Origin: Mobula hypostoma
Lineage: Eukaryota
Direction: 5' to 3'
DNA: 64,000 nt
Assembly (NCBI RefSeq): GCF_963921235.1
Contig: NC_086097.1
Span: 95,854,001-95,918,000 of the forward strand
The notes beneath the pieces were generated by a model. That model made no database searches. It saw only the letters and a list, made by a program, of their open reading frames with translations, and had not been told where the DNA came from. A program made the position numbers and the translations under genes. Below are positions 38,501-51,423 of this stretch, piece after piece; the first letter of the stretch is position 1, and each line of letters starts with the position of its first letter.

Positions 38501-38921
38501 CAGAGTAGGATGGATGGTAAAAGAGCAAAGATAACATGCAATCAGGCAGTCAAGAAGGGCAGGCAGATGATAGGACAAAATTGCAGCCAGCAGAGTGAAA
38601 ATCAGTGCATTATGGATGCAGAATCAAAAAGGGTAGCAAATACAGTATTCAACATGCTACACCTCAATGCATGGAGTGTAAGAAGTAAGGTGGATAATCT
38701 TGTTGTACTATTACAGATTGTCAGGTATGATATTATGGCCATCACTGAATTGTTGCTGAAAGATGGTTGTAGTGGGAGCTGACTGTCCAAGGTTACACAT
38801 TGTATTGGAGGGGTAAGAAGGTAGGCGGGGGGGGGGGGTGTGGCGTGGATCTGCTGGTAAAGAATGGTATCAAATCAGTAGAAAGATGTGACATAGGACT
38901 GGAAGATGTTGAATCCTTGTG

Positions 38922-39607
38922 CCAGCTACGAAGTCTCAAAACGTATTGCAGAAAAGATGAAGCCTTTTACAAACGGAGAGTTTGTCAAAGAATGTTTACT
39001 GGCAGTGGTGGATATTGTTTGTCCTGAAAAGAAATCTTTATTTGCATCTATCAGCCTGTCAGCAAGAACGATCACACAGTGAGTTGAAGAAATGTCAGCA
39101 GATGTTGAAAGTTGTTTAAGGGATGCCTGCAACGAATTGCATTTTTTTTCAATTACGCTTGATGGGAGTACAGACTTGAGAGACACTGCTCAATTTGTGG
39201 TGTTTGTGCGAGGAGTGACCTCAACTTTTCAAATTTTTGAGGAGTTTATTCAATTAATTCCTAAGAAGGACACGGTTACTGGAGCAGACAATTTTGAAGC
39301 TTTGCTGAAAATGATGTCAGAAATGAAACTTAATGTGTCAAAGCTAACTGGCATCACAACAGATGGGGCACCAGCAATGGTGGGACAGAAAAACTAAACT
39401 GAGTTCTTTGATTACCAATTGGCATCCTTGGGTTAAGCACAAGTGATTTTCTAGTATGTGTTATTCATTAATTTGAGGTAAAACATAACCAGGTGTATTT
39501 AAATAGATAATTCCCATATTTCAAGTTTTTTATGGCAATTACCTGGCCCACCGTCCGCTCATTAATACGCGATCCAGACCACAGAGGCAAAAAAGTTGCC
39601 GACCCCC
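38922..39607 (+). mobile_element. hAT (Charlie/SPIN, GTF2IRD2-like) transposase fragment with its 3' terminus
   Basis: KPFTNGEFVKECL, FFSITLDGSTDLRDTAQFVVFVRGV, ITTDGAPAMVG; end aaaagttgccgacccc. Confidence 0.8.
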
Positions 39608-40324
39608 AACCTACAGAGAGCAACTAAACGAATCATTAGGAGTAAAAGATGAAATATGAAAGCAAGCTAACTATATCAAAGTGGATAGTAAAAGCTTTTT
39701 CAAGAATGTAAAGAATAAAAGAAAGATGAGAGTGGATATAGGACTGCTAGAAAATGAGGCCGGGAAATAATAACAAGGGACAAGGAGATGGCAGATGAAC
39801 GAAATGACTATTTTACATCTGTCTTCACTGTGGAAGACACTAGCAGTGTGCCAGATGTTGAAGGGTGTGAGGGAAGAGAAGTGAGTGCAGCTACTATTAC
39901 AAGGAAGAAGATGCTTAAAAAGCTGAAAGACCTAAGGGTACATAAATCACAGATGAACTGCACCCTAGGGTTCTGAAAGAGATAGTGATAGAAATTGTGG
40001 AGGCATTAGTAATGATCTCTCAAAAATCTTTGGTCTGTGACATGCTGCCAGAGAAATAGAAGATTACAAATGTCTCTCCACTTTTTAAAAAAGGAGGAAG
40101 GCAGCAGAAAGGAAATTATAGACCAGTTAACCTGACTTCAATGATTGGGAAGATGTTGGGGTCAATTGTTAAGGATGTGGTTATGGAGTACTTGGTGACA
40201 CAGGACAAGATAGGACAAAGTCAGCAATGTTTCCATAAGGGAAAATCTTACCTGATGAACCTGTTGGAATTTGTTGAGGAGATTACAAGTAGGATAGATA
40301 AAGGGGATGCAGTGGATGTTTCTA

Positions 40325-40478
40325 CAGGTCGATCTTCACTAGTCCGACTACCTGTAATCCGGTTCCTTCGATAATCCGGCACTGATCATGCTTAATGTGA
40401 TCCTTCTGTAATTTGGCATTTTCACTAATCTGGCACTCCTCAGGTCCCAATGGTGTCGGATTAGTGAAGGTCGACCTG
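40325..40478. mobile_element. MITE (Tc1/pogo type), 154 bp
   Basis: TA TSD on both sides; 24-bp TIR caggtcgatcttcactagtccgac / gtcggattagtgaaggtcgacctg with 2 mismatches; interrupts the CR1 RT. Confidence 0.85.
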
Positions 40479-42989
40479 TAAATTTGGACTTCCAGAAGGC
40501 CTTTGAGAAGGTGCCACACATGAGGCTGCTTACCAAGTTAAGAGCTCATGGCATTACAGGAAAGTTACTGGCATGGTTAGAACATTGTTAGCATTCATTT
40601 CAAGAGGTCTGGAATACAAGAGCAGGGATGTGATGCTGAGGCTTTATAAGGCACTGGTGAAGCCTCACCTCGAGTATTGTGAACAGTTTTAGACTTTTCA
40701 TCAAAGAAAAGATGTGCTGGCATTAGAGAATGTTCAGAGGTGGTTCACAAGGATGATTCTGGGAATGAAAGGGTTATCATACGAGGAACGCTTGATAGCT
40801 TTGGGTCTGTACCCACTGGAATTCAGAGGGATGAAAGGGGATCTTATTGAAACCATTCAAATGTTGAAAGGCCTAGACAGAGTAGATGTGGAAAAGATGT
40901 TTCTCATGGTGGGGGAGTCTAGGACAAGAGGGCACAGCCTCAGGATAGAGGGGTACCCTTCCAAAACAGAGATGCAGAAAAATTTCTTTAGCCAGAGGGT
41001 GGTGAATTTGTGGAATTTGTTACCACAGGCAGCAGTGGATGCCAGGTCGTTGGGAGTATTTTAAGGCAGAGCTTGATAGGTTCTTGATTGGGCACGGCAT
41101 CAAAGGTTACGGGGAGAAGGCCAGGGAGTGCGGGTGAGAAGGGGAAAAAAGGAACAGACATGGTTGAATGGCGGGGCAGACTCGATGGGCCAAATGGCCT
41201 AATTATGTTCTTATGTTTTATGGTCTTATGGTCTAAATGTATGCAATATACATCCTGAATTTCTTGTTCTTTACAGACATGCATGGAAACAGAAGAGTGT
41301 CCCAAAGAATGATTGACAGTCAAAATGTTAGAACCCCAAAGCCCTCCCATTCCACTCTGGAGTCAATACATTAACAGCAAGCAGCAAAGTAATCACCCTC
41401 CCCACTTCCACAAAAATGCATCAGTACCCTCCACCCACCAAGTGTGCAGTAGCAAAGCCCCTATTAAAGACCGTGATCTGCAGTACTAAACTAATAATTC
41501 ACCCAACAATTCGACGTACCACAGTGTGTCTGTGTCTCTGTCTGTCTCTGTCTCTTCCTCTCTCTCCCTTCCCCCCTTAATAAAGGGAAAAAGAGCTGTC
41601 CCCTTTTACAGCAAGAGGGGAGACATAGAAAAACAGCTCGCTGATTTACAGTGTAAAGTGTCTATCCGAGTCTTGTAAAATGTCTTGTTTTTCCGAGTTC
41701 TCTGGCCAGAGAATCAGCAGCACTCTCCCCCACTAAAGAGAGACGGAGCACAATTCGCTGAGTACAGAGCCTCCAACTGCCAATCCACTTTTCCTGATGT
41801 TCCGTTCTGTCCTGTGATGCTTCAGTTGTTGGCTCCAGCTTAGAGTCAGCCCATCCACAGGGCCGCGAAACCTCAGAACCCTGAAGGCACGCTCAACTTC
41901 TAGGCCGAACCCTTGGGATTTCAGAAAGCGGCTGGTCATGAATCCCTGCAGTCCCACCACTGCAAAGAACCGAAGTCTGAATGTAACTCCAGGTTAGGGT
42001 CTTCAACAGAACTCCATCCACCCTAAAAATGAAAAAGAGAGACATCATAGGTAGAAATTAAGCTGATTTTGTAGATGAACTTGAAGGAGTCATTCTTGAG
42101 CACCGTCGTAAGTCTGCCTCACTTACAGATTTCTACAGGTGTACCGTGGAGAGCATTCTAACTGGTTGCATCACTGTCTGGTATGGAGGGGCTATTGCAC
42201 AGAGTCAGAAAAAGCTGTAGAAAGTTGTAAACTCATCCAGCTCCATCATGGGCATTAGTCTCCCCAGCATCCAGAAACCTTCATAAGGCAATGCCTCAAA
42301 AATGCAGCATCCATTATTAAGGACTTCCATCACCCAGGGCACATCCTCTTCTCATTGCTGCCATCAACGAGGAAGTACAGGAGCCTGCAGACACACACTT
42401 AACATTTCAAGAACAGCTTATTCCCCTCTGCCGTCTGATTTATGAATGGACAATGAACCCATAAACAATTCTTCAGTATTTTCCCTCTCTTTTTGCACCA
42501 CTTATTTAATTTATTTTTATATATATCTCTTACTGTATTTTATACTTTTTATTACTGTATATTGCAATATACTGTTGCCACAAAGCTACAAATTTCACAA
42601 CATATGTTAGTGATATTAAACCTGATTCTGATTGTACAGTACTATAAAACTGTGCATTAGTTCCTAATAGTCATCAACAGAGGAATTCATCCAGTGTATG
42701 CTGCCGTGTTCTTTTGACTGACTGTAAATGAATAAAATCTGCGCAGACACCTAGTATACATAATGGACTGCCTTCATCCAATACTTTTGATGACTGACTC
42801 CTCCAAATCTTTATTTCATTGTCACATTCAAGATGATTGTTGATACCTTCAAATTCCTCATAGTTTCTAACTTGTTGAAGCAGCGAAATTGTTTCATTTT
42901 CACTCCTGGCTATTTCAATGCTTAAGCCACAGTGAATGTATTCACCTGTGCTGCATCATGCAGTTGAAAAGCCTGTCACTGTCCAAAGC

Positions 42990-43617
42990 TTAGAAACAGG
43001 GTTGCTGCTTAACTAGAAAAGATGGGAATAGATAGTAGAATGTTCAATTGGATTCAAGATTTTTTATGGGATAGAAGGATAGAAGTTCTGTAAGGAGTAT
43101 GAGATAGAGAATGGGACTCCACAGGGGAGTCTGTGTAGCCCACTCCTTTTTAATTTTATTATTAATGATATTTCCTTAAATGTTGGCTCAGACATTGGTT
43201 CAGTGCAGAAGAGAGGCAGTTATATAGTTATATATAGTTGTACAAGTTATATAGTTAGCAAAATGCAGGCAGCATTAATGTAGTAGAGGAATGGGGACGT
43301 CGCTGAGGGTTTAAGTTTTCTGTTGCAAAGAGTCAAGGTATTTGTTTTTCTAAGAAGAACATTACACCCACAATTGACCTCAAATTATACGATAAATCTC
43401 TTAAACAAAAGTCAGTGGTAAAGTTTCTCGGTATGTGGATGGATATAAATCTAACATGAAGGTGCATGTGAATAACATTCTAGAGAAATGTAAAAAAGCC
43501 CTTAATGTGCTCAGGTGCTTAGTTGTGTGTGGTTGGTGTGTGAGTAGGTCACTTAAACAAATGTATATTACTTTAGTCGGATCTGCCTTTGATTATGGAT
43601 GTGTTGCTTATGGGTAG
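42990..43617 (+). mobile_element. I/Nimb-clade-like LINE RT fragment
   Basis: KMGIDSRMFNWIQDFL, IENGTPQG..SPLLFNFIIND, VKFLGMWMD, KALNVLRCL, FDYGCVAYG. Confidence 0.6.
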
Positions 43618-43731
43618 CAGAACCAACGTGGGGAAGAGAAATAGGGAAAGTGATGACAAAAATAATAAATTCACTTTAGCAGTAAATCATGTCAACACTT
43701 TCGCCTCAAAGTTTTTTACTTCTTTAAAAAG

Positions 43732-43890
43732 GATAAAAAGGAAGAAGTAATTCCACCCATGAAGAAATACGCAGTGAAACCAGTCCGAGTGTTACAGAGC
43801 AAATTTGAATTAAACCAGGAGGCTCGTAAACAGGCAGAGAAAATAGCAGAAGAGGAAAAGAAACAAAGAGATTTGGAGGAAATGTCAAAC
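43732..43890 (+). CDS. DRC7: DRC7 coding exon 5
   Basis: AG|DKKEEVIPPMKKYAVKPVRVLQSKFELNQEARKQAEKIAEEEKKQRDLEEMSN|GTGAGT; 159 bp. The acceptor position is less certain. Confidence 0.85.
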
Positions 43891-44689
43891 GTGAGTCTTG
43901 TTACATTTTTTCTTTTCTATGTATCAGTTATTATTAAAATGAAAATAGATATTATCTTCTTAAAGCCAGCTCAGACCAGCATCAGGTCTAGAAACTAAAT
44001 TAGCCCCAATCACCTCAGTTGCCACCCCAAAACTGACCTCTACTCTACCAAAGTGGCACTTACTATTTTTCATATTGCTGAACATTTAAATGCCCCACTC
44101 ATTATGAAGCATCCACAAGGCTCAGCTCAAAAGTGTGATAGAATACTTGCCCAGATGAATGCATCTTCGACAAACCCACGAAGCTTGACACCATACAGGA
44201 CATATTAGCCCACTACAGATACCACATTCACAATCGTTCATTCACTCCTCTACTGATGTACATTAGCAGCAGTTTGTACCATGTACTGCAGCAGCTCCCC
44301 GAGACTCTTTGGACATCACCTTCCAAACCCACAACCTCTAACAATTAGAAGGTGAAGAGCAATAAAACTGTGGGAACACCACCAACTGGAAATTGTCTAC
44401 TAAGCCACACACCATCCTGACTGGAATCTCGCCATTCCACCACTTTTTCTGGGTCAAAATCCTAGAACTCTCTCTCTTACAGTATTGGGGGTATAGCTAT
44501 CTTCTAAGCTATTCAGATGACAGCTTACCACCACCTTCTCAAGGCCAACTAGGAATGGGCTATCAAATTCCAGCTGTGAAGCCCACGGTACTTGAGTGAA
44601 TTAAAAAAAAGAGGCAGAGCCACTAGAGGACAGACATAGTGCACAGGGCCTTGAGTCTCATGCACATTAATGATTTGCAAACATAGCAA

Positions 44690-47600
44690 GCTAGGTAAAA
44701 AACTGAAAAGCAGGACCTCCTGGTAGAAACCTATGGATTGCTGCCTGTGCCTTGTGCCAGTGAGGGTAGGATGGTGATTTAAGATTCCGATTTAAGATGG
44801 TGTTGGTGAAGCACAGTGATAACTTGCTGGTAGCAAAACGATATATTACTGTATTAATCACATTTTTTCACTGATACGATCACTGCAATCAATATCCTGT
44901 AACTTCCTTTTTGGAGTTGAGCTTTTGAACCACCTGTATGCCCTGGTGTTTTTGTGGTGTGAACCAAAGCTGCAGGACACTTGAGGAGAGGCATGTACGG
45001 GCTGAATTGAGGTGGCGGGTTCTGGGCCCGAGAATGGGGATTGAGCCAATGTTTGTCCTTTACTGGAGCAGACATGGAGGCGGGTCGATGTGGCTTAGCA
45101 GAGGCGAGGCAGAGTCAAGGAGGCAAGGCCCAGGAGGAAGGACAGGCAGATGATCGGGCAAAATTAAAGTCGGTGGGATGAGTTAAATTGTAACAGGGGA
45201 CCAGAATCAAAGAAGGATGAGGCATACAGGACTGAAGGAGTAATATTTAACTGTACATGGTATACTGAATTTAGGCAGATGATCTTGTGGCGCAGTTAGA
45301 GACTGGCAGGTATAATGTTGTGGGCATTGCTGAGTTGTGGCTAAAGAAGATCATAGGTGGGAGCTTAACATCCAAGGCTACATATTGTATCAAAAGGACA
45401 GGCAGGAAGGCAGAGATGGTGGGGAGGCTCTATTAGTTAAAAAATAAAATTGAATCTTCAGAAAAAGGTGACATAGGATTGGAAGATGTCAAATTCATGT
45501 TAAGAAATTGCAAGGGGAAAAAGACCATGGTGGGAATTATATACAAGCCTCGGAACAATAGCCGGGATATGGGTTATAAATTACAACAGGGGGTAGAAGA
45601 TGCTTGCGAAAAGGTCAATGTTGTGATAATCATGGGGGATTTCAATATGCAGGTAGATTGGGAACATCGGGTTGGTTCTCAACCCTAAGAGAGGAAATTT
45701 GCAGAAGGCCACAAAATGGCTTTTTAGAGGAGCTTATGGTTGAGCTCACTAGGAAAATGGATTGGTGTTATGTGATGACCCAGATTTGACCAGGGAGTTT
45801 AAGGCAAAGGAACTCTGAGGAGACAGTGATCATAATATGATAGAATTTGCTTTGCAGTTTGTGAAGGAGAAGCTAAAATTCTATGTATCTGTATTGCAGT
45901 CAATTAAAAGGAATTGCAGAGGTATGAGAGAGGAGCTGGCCAAAGTTGATTGAAAGGGGACACTAGCAGCAATGATGATAGAACAGCAATGGCTGGTGTT
46001 TCTGGGGGAAATTCTGATGGTGCAGGAAAGATACATCGAAAAGATGAAGAAGTATTCTAAAGGGAGGATGAGGCAATTATGGCTGATGAGGGAAGTCAAA
46101 GCAACATAAAAGCTAAAGCAGGGGCATATAATACATCAAAAATTATTGGGAAGTTAAAGGATTGGGAAGTTTTTAAAAACCAACAGAAGGCAATTTTGAA
46201 AAGCCGTAATAATGGAAAAGATGAAACATGAAGGTAAACTAGCCAACAGTATAAGAGGATACAAAATGTTTTCCCAGATATATAAATAGTAAAAGAAAGA
46301 CGAGAGTGGGTATTGGAAAGCTGGAAAATTACATTGGAGATGTCATCGTTGGGGACAAAGAAATAGCGGACGAACTGAATAAGTATTTTGCATCATTCTT
46401 CACTGTGGAAGATGTCAGCAGAATGCCAGAACTGTGAGAGTGTCAGGGGGCAGAAGTGAGTGTCATTGCTATTACTAAGGAGAAGGTACTTGGGAAGCTG
46501 AAGTCTGAAGGTAGACAAGTTGCCTGGACCATATGGACTACACTCCAGGGTTCTGAATAAGGTAGTTGAAGAGATTGTGGAGGTATTAGTAATGATCTTT
46601 CAAGAATCATTAGATTCTGTAATGGTTTCTGAGGACTGGAAAATTTCAAATGTTACATCACACTTTAAGAAGGAAGGGAGGCAGAAGAGAGGAAATTATA
46701 GGCCAGTTAGCCTGACTTCAGTGTTTGGAAAGATGTTGGAGTCTATTATTAAGAATGAACTTTCAGTGTACTTGGAGGCACATGATAAAAGAGGCCAAAG
46801 TCAGCATGGTTTCCTTAAGGGGAAATCTTGCCTAACAGATCTTTTGGAATACTTTGAGGAAACAACAAGCAGGTTAGACAAAAAAGAGTCAGTGGATGTT
46901 GTTTATTTCGGTTTTAAGAAAGTCTTTCATGAGGGCCCACCTATGAGGCTGCTTAACAAAGTAAGAGCCCATGGTATTACAAGAAAGGTGCTAGCATGGA
47001 AAAAAGATCGGCCGAGTTGCAGGAAGCAAAGTGTGGGAATAAAGGGGGTCTTTTCTGGTTGGCTGCTAATGACTAGTGGTGATCGCAGGGGTTGTTTTTG
47101 GGGTTGCTTCTTTTCATGTTCTAAGTCAATCATTTGGATGATGGCTTTGTGGCCAAGTTTGCAGACGATATGAAGATACAGTAGGTGGAGGGGCAGGGTA
47201 GTATTGGGGAAGCCAGGGTGTCTGCAGAAGGACAGATAATGGGGATGGGCAAACAACTAGCAGTTGGAACATAGTGTAGGGAAGTGTATGGTCGTGCACT
47301 TTGGCAGAAGGAATAAAGGCATAGACTATTTTCTAAATAGGGAGAAAATTCAAAATTCAGAGATGCAAAGGGACTTGGGAGTCCTGCTGCAGGATTCCCT
47401 GTAGGTTAACTTGCAAGTTGAGTTGGTGGTAAGGAAAGCAAATGCAATGTTAACATTCATTTTGTGAGGACTAGAATACAAAATCAAGGATGTAATGCTG
47501 AGGCTTTATAAGGCATTGCTCTGTCCCTGCTTGGAGTATTGTGAGCAGTTTTGGGTCTCCTGTTTAAGAAAAGATGTGCTGGCATTGGAGAGGGTCCAGA

Positions 47601-48050
47601 GTTTACAAGAATGATTCCAGGAATGAGAGGGTTAACACATGAGGAACATCTGATGTCTCTAGGCCTGTACTCACCAGAGTTTAGAAGAATGAAGAAAAAA
47701 TCTCATTAAAAGTTATGGAATATTGTAAGGCCTAGATAGAGCGGATGTGGAGAGGATGTTTCCTATAGTGGCAGAGTCTAGAACCAGGAGGAACAGCCTC
47801 AGAATTGAGTGGCACCAATTTAGAATAGAAGTAAGGAGTAATTTATTTAGCCAGAGAGCGGTGAATCTATTGAATTCATTGTCACAGATGGCTGTGTAGG
47901 CCAAATCACTGGGTATATTTAAGGTGGAGGTTGATAGGTTCTTAATTAATCAGGACATCATAGGTCACAGGGAGAAGGCAAGAGAATGGAGGTGAGAGGT
48001 ATAATAAATCAGCCAAGATTGAATGGCAGAGTAGACTTGATGGGCCTGAT
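44690..48050 (+). mobile_element. CR1 LINE, near full ORF2, degenerate
   Basis: IMGDFN, PGPYGLHSRVL, GNYRPVSLTS, SQHGFLKGKSCLTDLLEYFE, FADD, CR1 3' UTR. Confidence 0.88.
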
Positions 48051-48331
48051 GGATAAGGAATGTAAAGTTCAAAATAAACTTGTTATCAAAGTACACAGAT
48101 GGCACCAAATACAACCCCAAGATTCATTTTCTTGCAGGCATGCTCAATAAATCAATAATAGAATAATAACCCTAACAGAATCTATGAAAGACATTTAAAT
48201 TTTCTCTGTCTCCAGTTTTGTAGTACCTGTACTTGTGGATATTTTGCTGTTTGATATTGACCACAGTGAAGGCAAAAGGGAAGCATTTAATAAGAAGGCA
48301 AATACGAATGATGTATCTCCTCCTCTTTTAG

Positions 48332-48550
48332 CTGAAGATGAAAGGTGCACGCGATAGCATGTACGGTCTGCGGGTCCACTGTTGGGTTCTAGTGCTTGCA
48401 GGCAAAAGAGAAGTCCCAGAGAATTTCTTCATTGACCCTTTCTCAGGAAAAAGCTATCAAACTACTAATGAAGGATTCTTGGGGATTGAAAGCATCTGGA
48501 ACCATAAGAACTACTGGGTGAATATGCAGGACTGCAAATATGGTATCAAG
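48332..48550 (+). CDS. DRC7: DRC7 coding exon 6
   Basis: tAG|LKMKGARDSMYGLRVHCWVLVLAGKREVPENFFIDPFSG..FLGIESIWNHKNYWVNMQDCKYGIK|GT; 219 bp. Confidence 0.96.
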
Positions 48551-48855
48551 GTATTCCTTTTTAGCTTCTAGAATTTTTGACAGTTTGTACATGTATCCTC
48601 AATATTAGAAGATTAAAATCATTATCTTGGGTACTTGTCACTAACTCCATTTTGAAGGTACTAGTTTTGTCTTTCTCGTGACAAATGTTTCAGTTTGTAC
48701 CAGGTTATTCGTAAACTTGAGGTCATATTTAATACTGAGTGATCTTCACCTAATCCATCTGTTATTAAGACCACGTATTTCCATATAGGCAATATTACCT
48801 AGCTCCATACCAGCTTAGCTCCTTTGCCATTGAAACTCACATCTATGCCTTTACG

Positions 48856-49603
48856 ACACTCACAACACCCTGGAGGAACTCAGCAGGTCGGGCAGCATCC
48901 GTGGAAAAGATCGGTTGACATTTCGGGCTGGAACCCTTCATCAGGATTGTAGAGGGAAGGGGCAGAGGCCCTATAAAGAAAGTGGGCGGAGAGTGGGAAG
49001 GAGAAGGCTGGTTAGGTTCCAGGTGAAAAACCAGTAAGGGGAAAGATAAAGGGGTGGGGGAGGGGAGGCAGGGAGGTGATAGGCAGGAAAGGTGAAGAAA
49101 GAATAGGGGAAAACACAATGGGTAGTAGAAAGAGGCGGAACCATGAGGGAGGTGATAGGCAGCTGGGGGAGGGGGCAGAGTGACATAGGGATAGGGGAAG
49201 GGAGGGGGAGGGAATTACCAGAAGTTGGAGAATTCTATGTTCATAGCAAGGGGCTGGAGACTACCTAGACGGTATATGAGGTGTTGCTCCTCCAACCTGA
49301 GCTTAGCCTCATCATGGCAGTAGAGGAGGCCATGTATGGACATATCTGAATGAGAGTGGGATGCAGATTTGAAGTGGGTGGGTACTGGGAGATCCTGTCT
49401 GTTTTGGCGGACGGAGCGGAGGTGCTCGATGAAGCGGTCCCCCAATCTGCGTCGGGTTTCACCGATGTAGAGGAGGCCGCACCGGGAGCACCGGATGCAA
49501 TAGAAGACCCCAACAGACTCACAAGTGAAGTGTTGCCTCACTTGGAAGGACTGTTTGGGGCCTTGAATGATGGGAAGAGAGGAGGGACAGGTGTAGCACT
49601 TGC
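48856..49603 (-). mobile_element. Penelope-like element (GIY-YIG endonuclease C-terminus, hammerhead motif, terminal repeat)
   Basis: FTCESVGVFYCIRCSRCGLLYIGETRRRLGDRFIEHLRSV..EEQHLIYRLGSLQP; minus-strand CTGATGAAGGGTTCCAGCCCGAAATGTC. Confidence 0.9.
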
Positions 49604-50312
49604 GCGTTACGACATCTACATTTGGCTACTCCAATGACAAATTATTCACTTTACTCTTTTAATACTTAAGTCTATCCAAACTACTACCAAATTTAATCAC
49701 TCCAATATAGGCCTCTTCTTCTTTACAGTTGCTGTCTCATTTGATTCACATTGCAGTTCATTCAAATGTTTTAAAAATAATTTTAAGTGTTTGTAAATGA
49801 ACATAATTTGGATTAACCAGTGTATTCTGAATCCCAGAAAGTATTGGTGAAAAACAATACTGGAGGTTTAGACAGGGTGAAGAATTCTTCCTGATCCTAC
49901 CCCAATGTGCAGAACTACTCATCAACTCAACAAATAGATCATAAGACTATAAGATGTAAGAACAGAACTAGGCTATTCAGCCATCAGACATGCTCTCCCA
50001 TGATATTTCTCATCTGCTTCTCTGTTACTAGTCATTTTCTGTCTTTAAGACACATAATAACTTGGTCTTCGCCACTCTCAGTTGCAATGAATTCCACAAA
50101 GCGGAAGAAATTCCTCCTCACTTCACTTTTAAAGGGGCATCCCTTTATTCTGAGGCTGTACACTCAGATCCCATGGAGAAAAGTTGTTTCTCACAACCTT
50201 CTCCCTCAGTGTAATGTGTCACAGCAGAGGTTGAGAACTCCTCGGGAAAGTCCTCACAAGTGATTGCTCTTTCTGTGAACAATAACGAATACAGTTATGC
50301 TTTGTATTTCAG

Positions 50313-50429
50313 GATGTAATTTTTGACCTTGCTGACCCTGTAAGATGGGAGTACATGCTGCCGTCTGAAAATCAAGAAATTGTTATGCCTAATTCATTTG
50401 ACTCTCTTCTAGAGGAGGCGGAGGATGAT
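50313..50429 (+). CDS. DRC7: DRC7 coding exon 7
   Basis: tttcAG|DVIFDLADPVRWEYMLPSENQEIVMPNSFDSLLEEAEDD|GTAAG; 117 bp. Confidence 0.92.
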
Positions 50430-51423
50430 GTAAGATCTGATTATTATTTCATAATACACAACATAAGTTAATTTGATTTCACAATGTTTTTAGTCTAGAG
50501 ACCAAGGACTGCCCTTTCTAATCTGAAGGTGCTGATGAAATGGATTCATTTTGACATGATAAGAGCACACTGGTTCTCATCAGAATGGCTATTCTTTATA
50601 TTTGAGTCCAGACAGTGTATACAAGCTGATTGCTTGTCTATTAAATCAGATCCTACTATTACCAAATGTCTGCAGGCTGATTGTTTGCAAACATATAAGA
50701 TTGGAAACAGACAAAGACCGTCCTCCCCTGGAATTACTTAGCAGAGGAAAGCCATTGGAGGAAAACAGAATGGTCAATGTGATGGTGAGTCTTCTTGACC
50801 CATTGCAATCTTTCTGGTGAAGATCCTTCCACAGCCATGTTGAAGAGGGAGTTCCAAGATCTAGACCCAGTAACAGTGGAGGAATGGTGATATACTTCCA
50901 GATCAGGATGGGTTGTAACTTGGAATAGAACCTGCAAGTGTTAAGTTTTCTATTCTATCATCTGTCCTTGTCCATTTTCAAAGTAAGTCTATTATCAAAG
51001 TACATATACCAGAATAGAATCAGTGAAAGACCACACCCAATAGCATAGACAATCAATGTGCAAAAGATAACAAACTGTGCAAGTACAAAAAGCAAGAGAA
51101 AAAAATAATAATAATAACACAATAACATAATGTGCAGTATTAACAGCAGGGCAGTGCATTGGCTCCAAAATAGAGGCATTCATTAATAGGAACTCAAAAC
51201 TGAGTAATGAAATGAGAATACTGAAATGGGTGAAGAGATTAAAAAAAATTGAAATCTTAAGAGTAGAAATAGCCTGCCTAATGGAGTATAAAAATGAGAA
51301 AACCAAAAGGTAAGGAATATAAGGTTCATACAAGATACAACCAGCCTAACAAAAGCACTGTAGAGTTTACAGATACACTAAAACAAAAGTTTGGTGCATT
51401 CAAAGCCAGACTAAATACAGACA

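Larger units (their letters stand above)
38203..41232 (+). mobile_element. CR1 LINE (ORF1 end and ORF2 with deletions), nested
   Basis: FRLLDHWDLFW..DRLHLN, YDIMAITE, YFTSVFT, GNYRPV, LENVQRWFTRMI; tail ttatggtcttatgg. Confidence 0.85.
35720..42632 (+). mobile_element. Near full-length Rex1/Babar LINE (APE + RT) split by a nested insertion at 38173-42119
   Basis: VYIPP, IVGDFN, TLDHCY, PNQKPWMN, DPLQFAY, LFIDY, YKFANDT, FKFLG; resumes at 42120 (FYRCTVESILTGCITVWYG) and ends attaaacctgattctgat. Confidence 0.85.
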
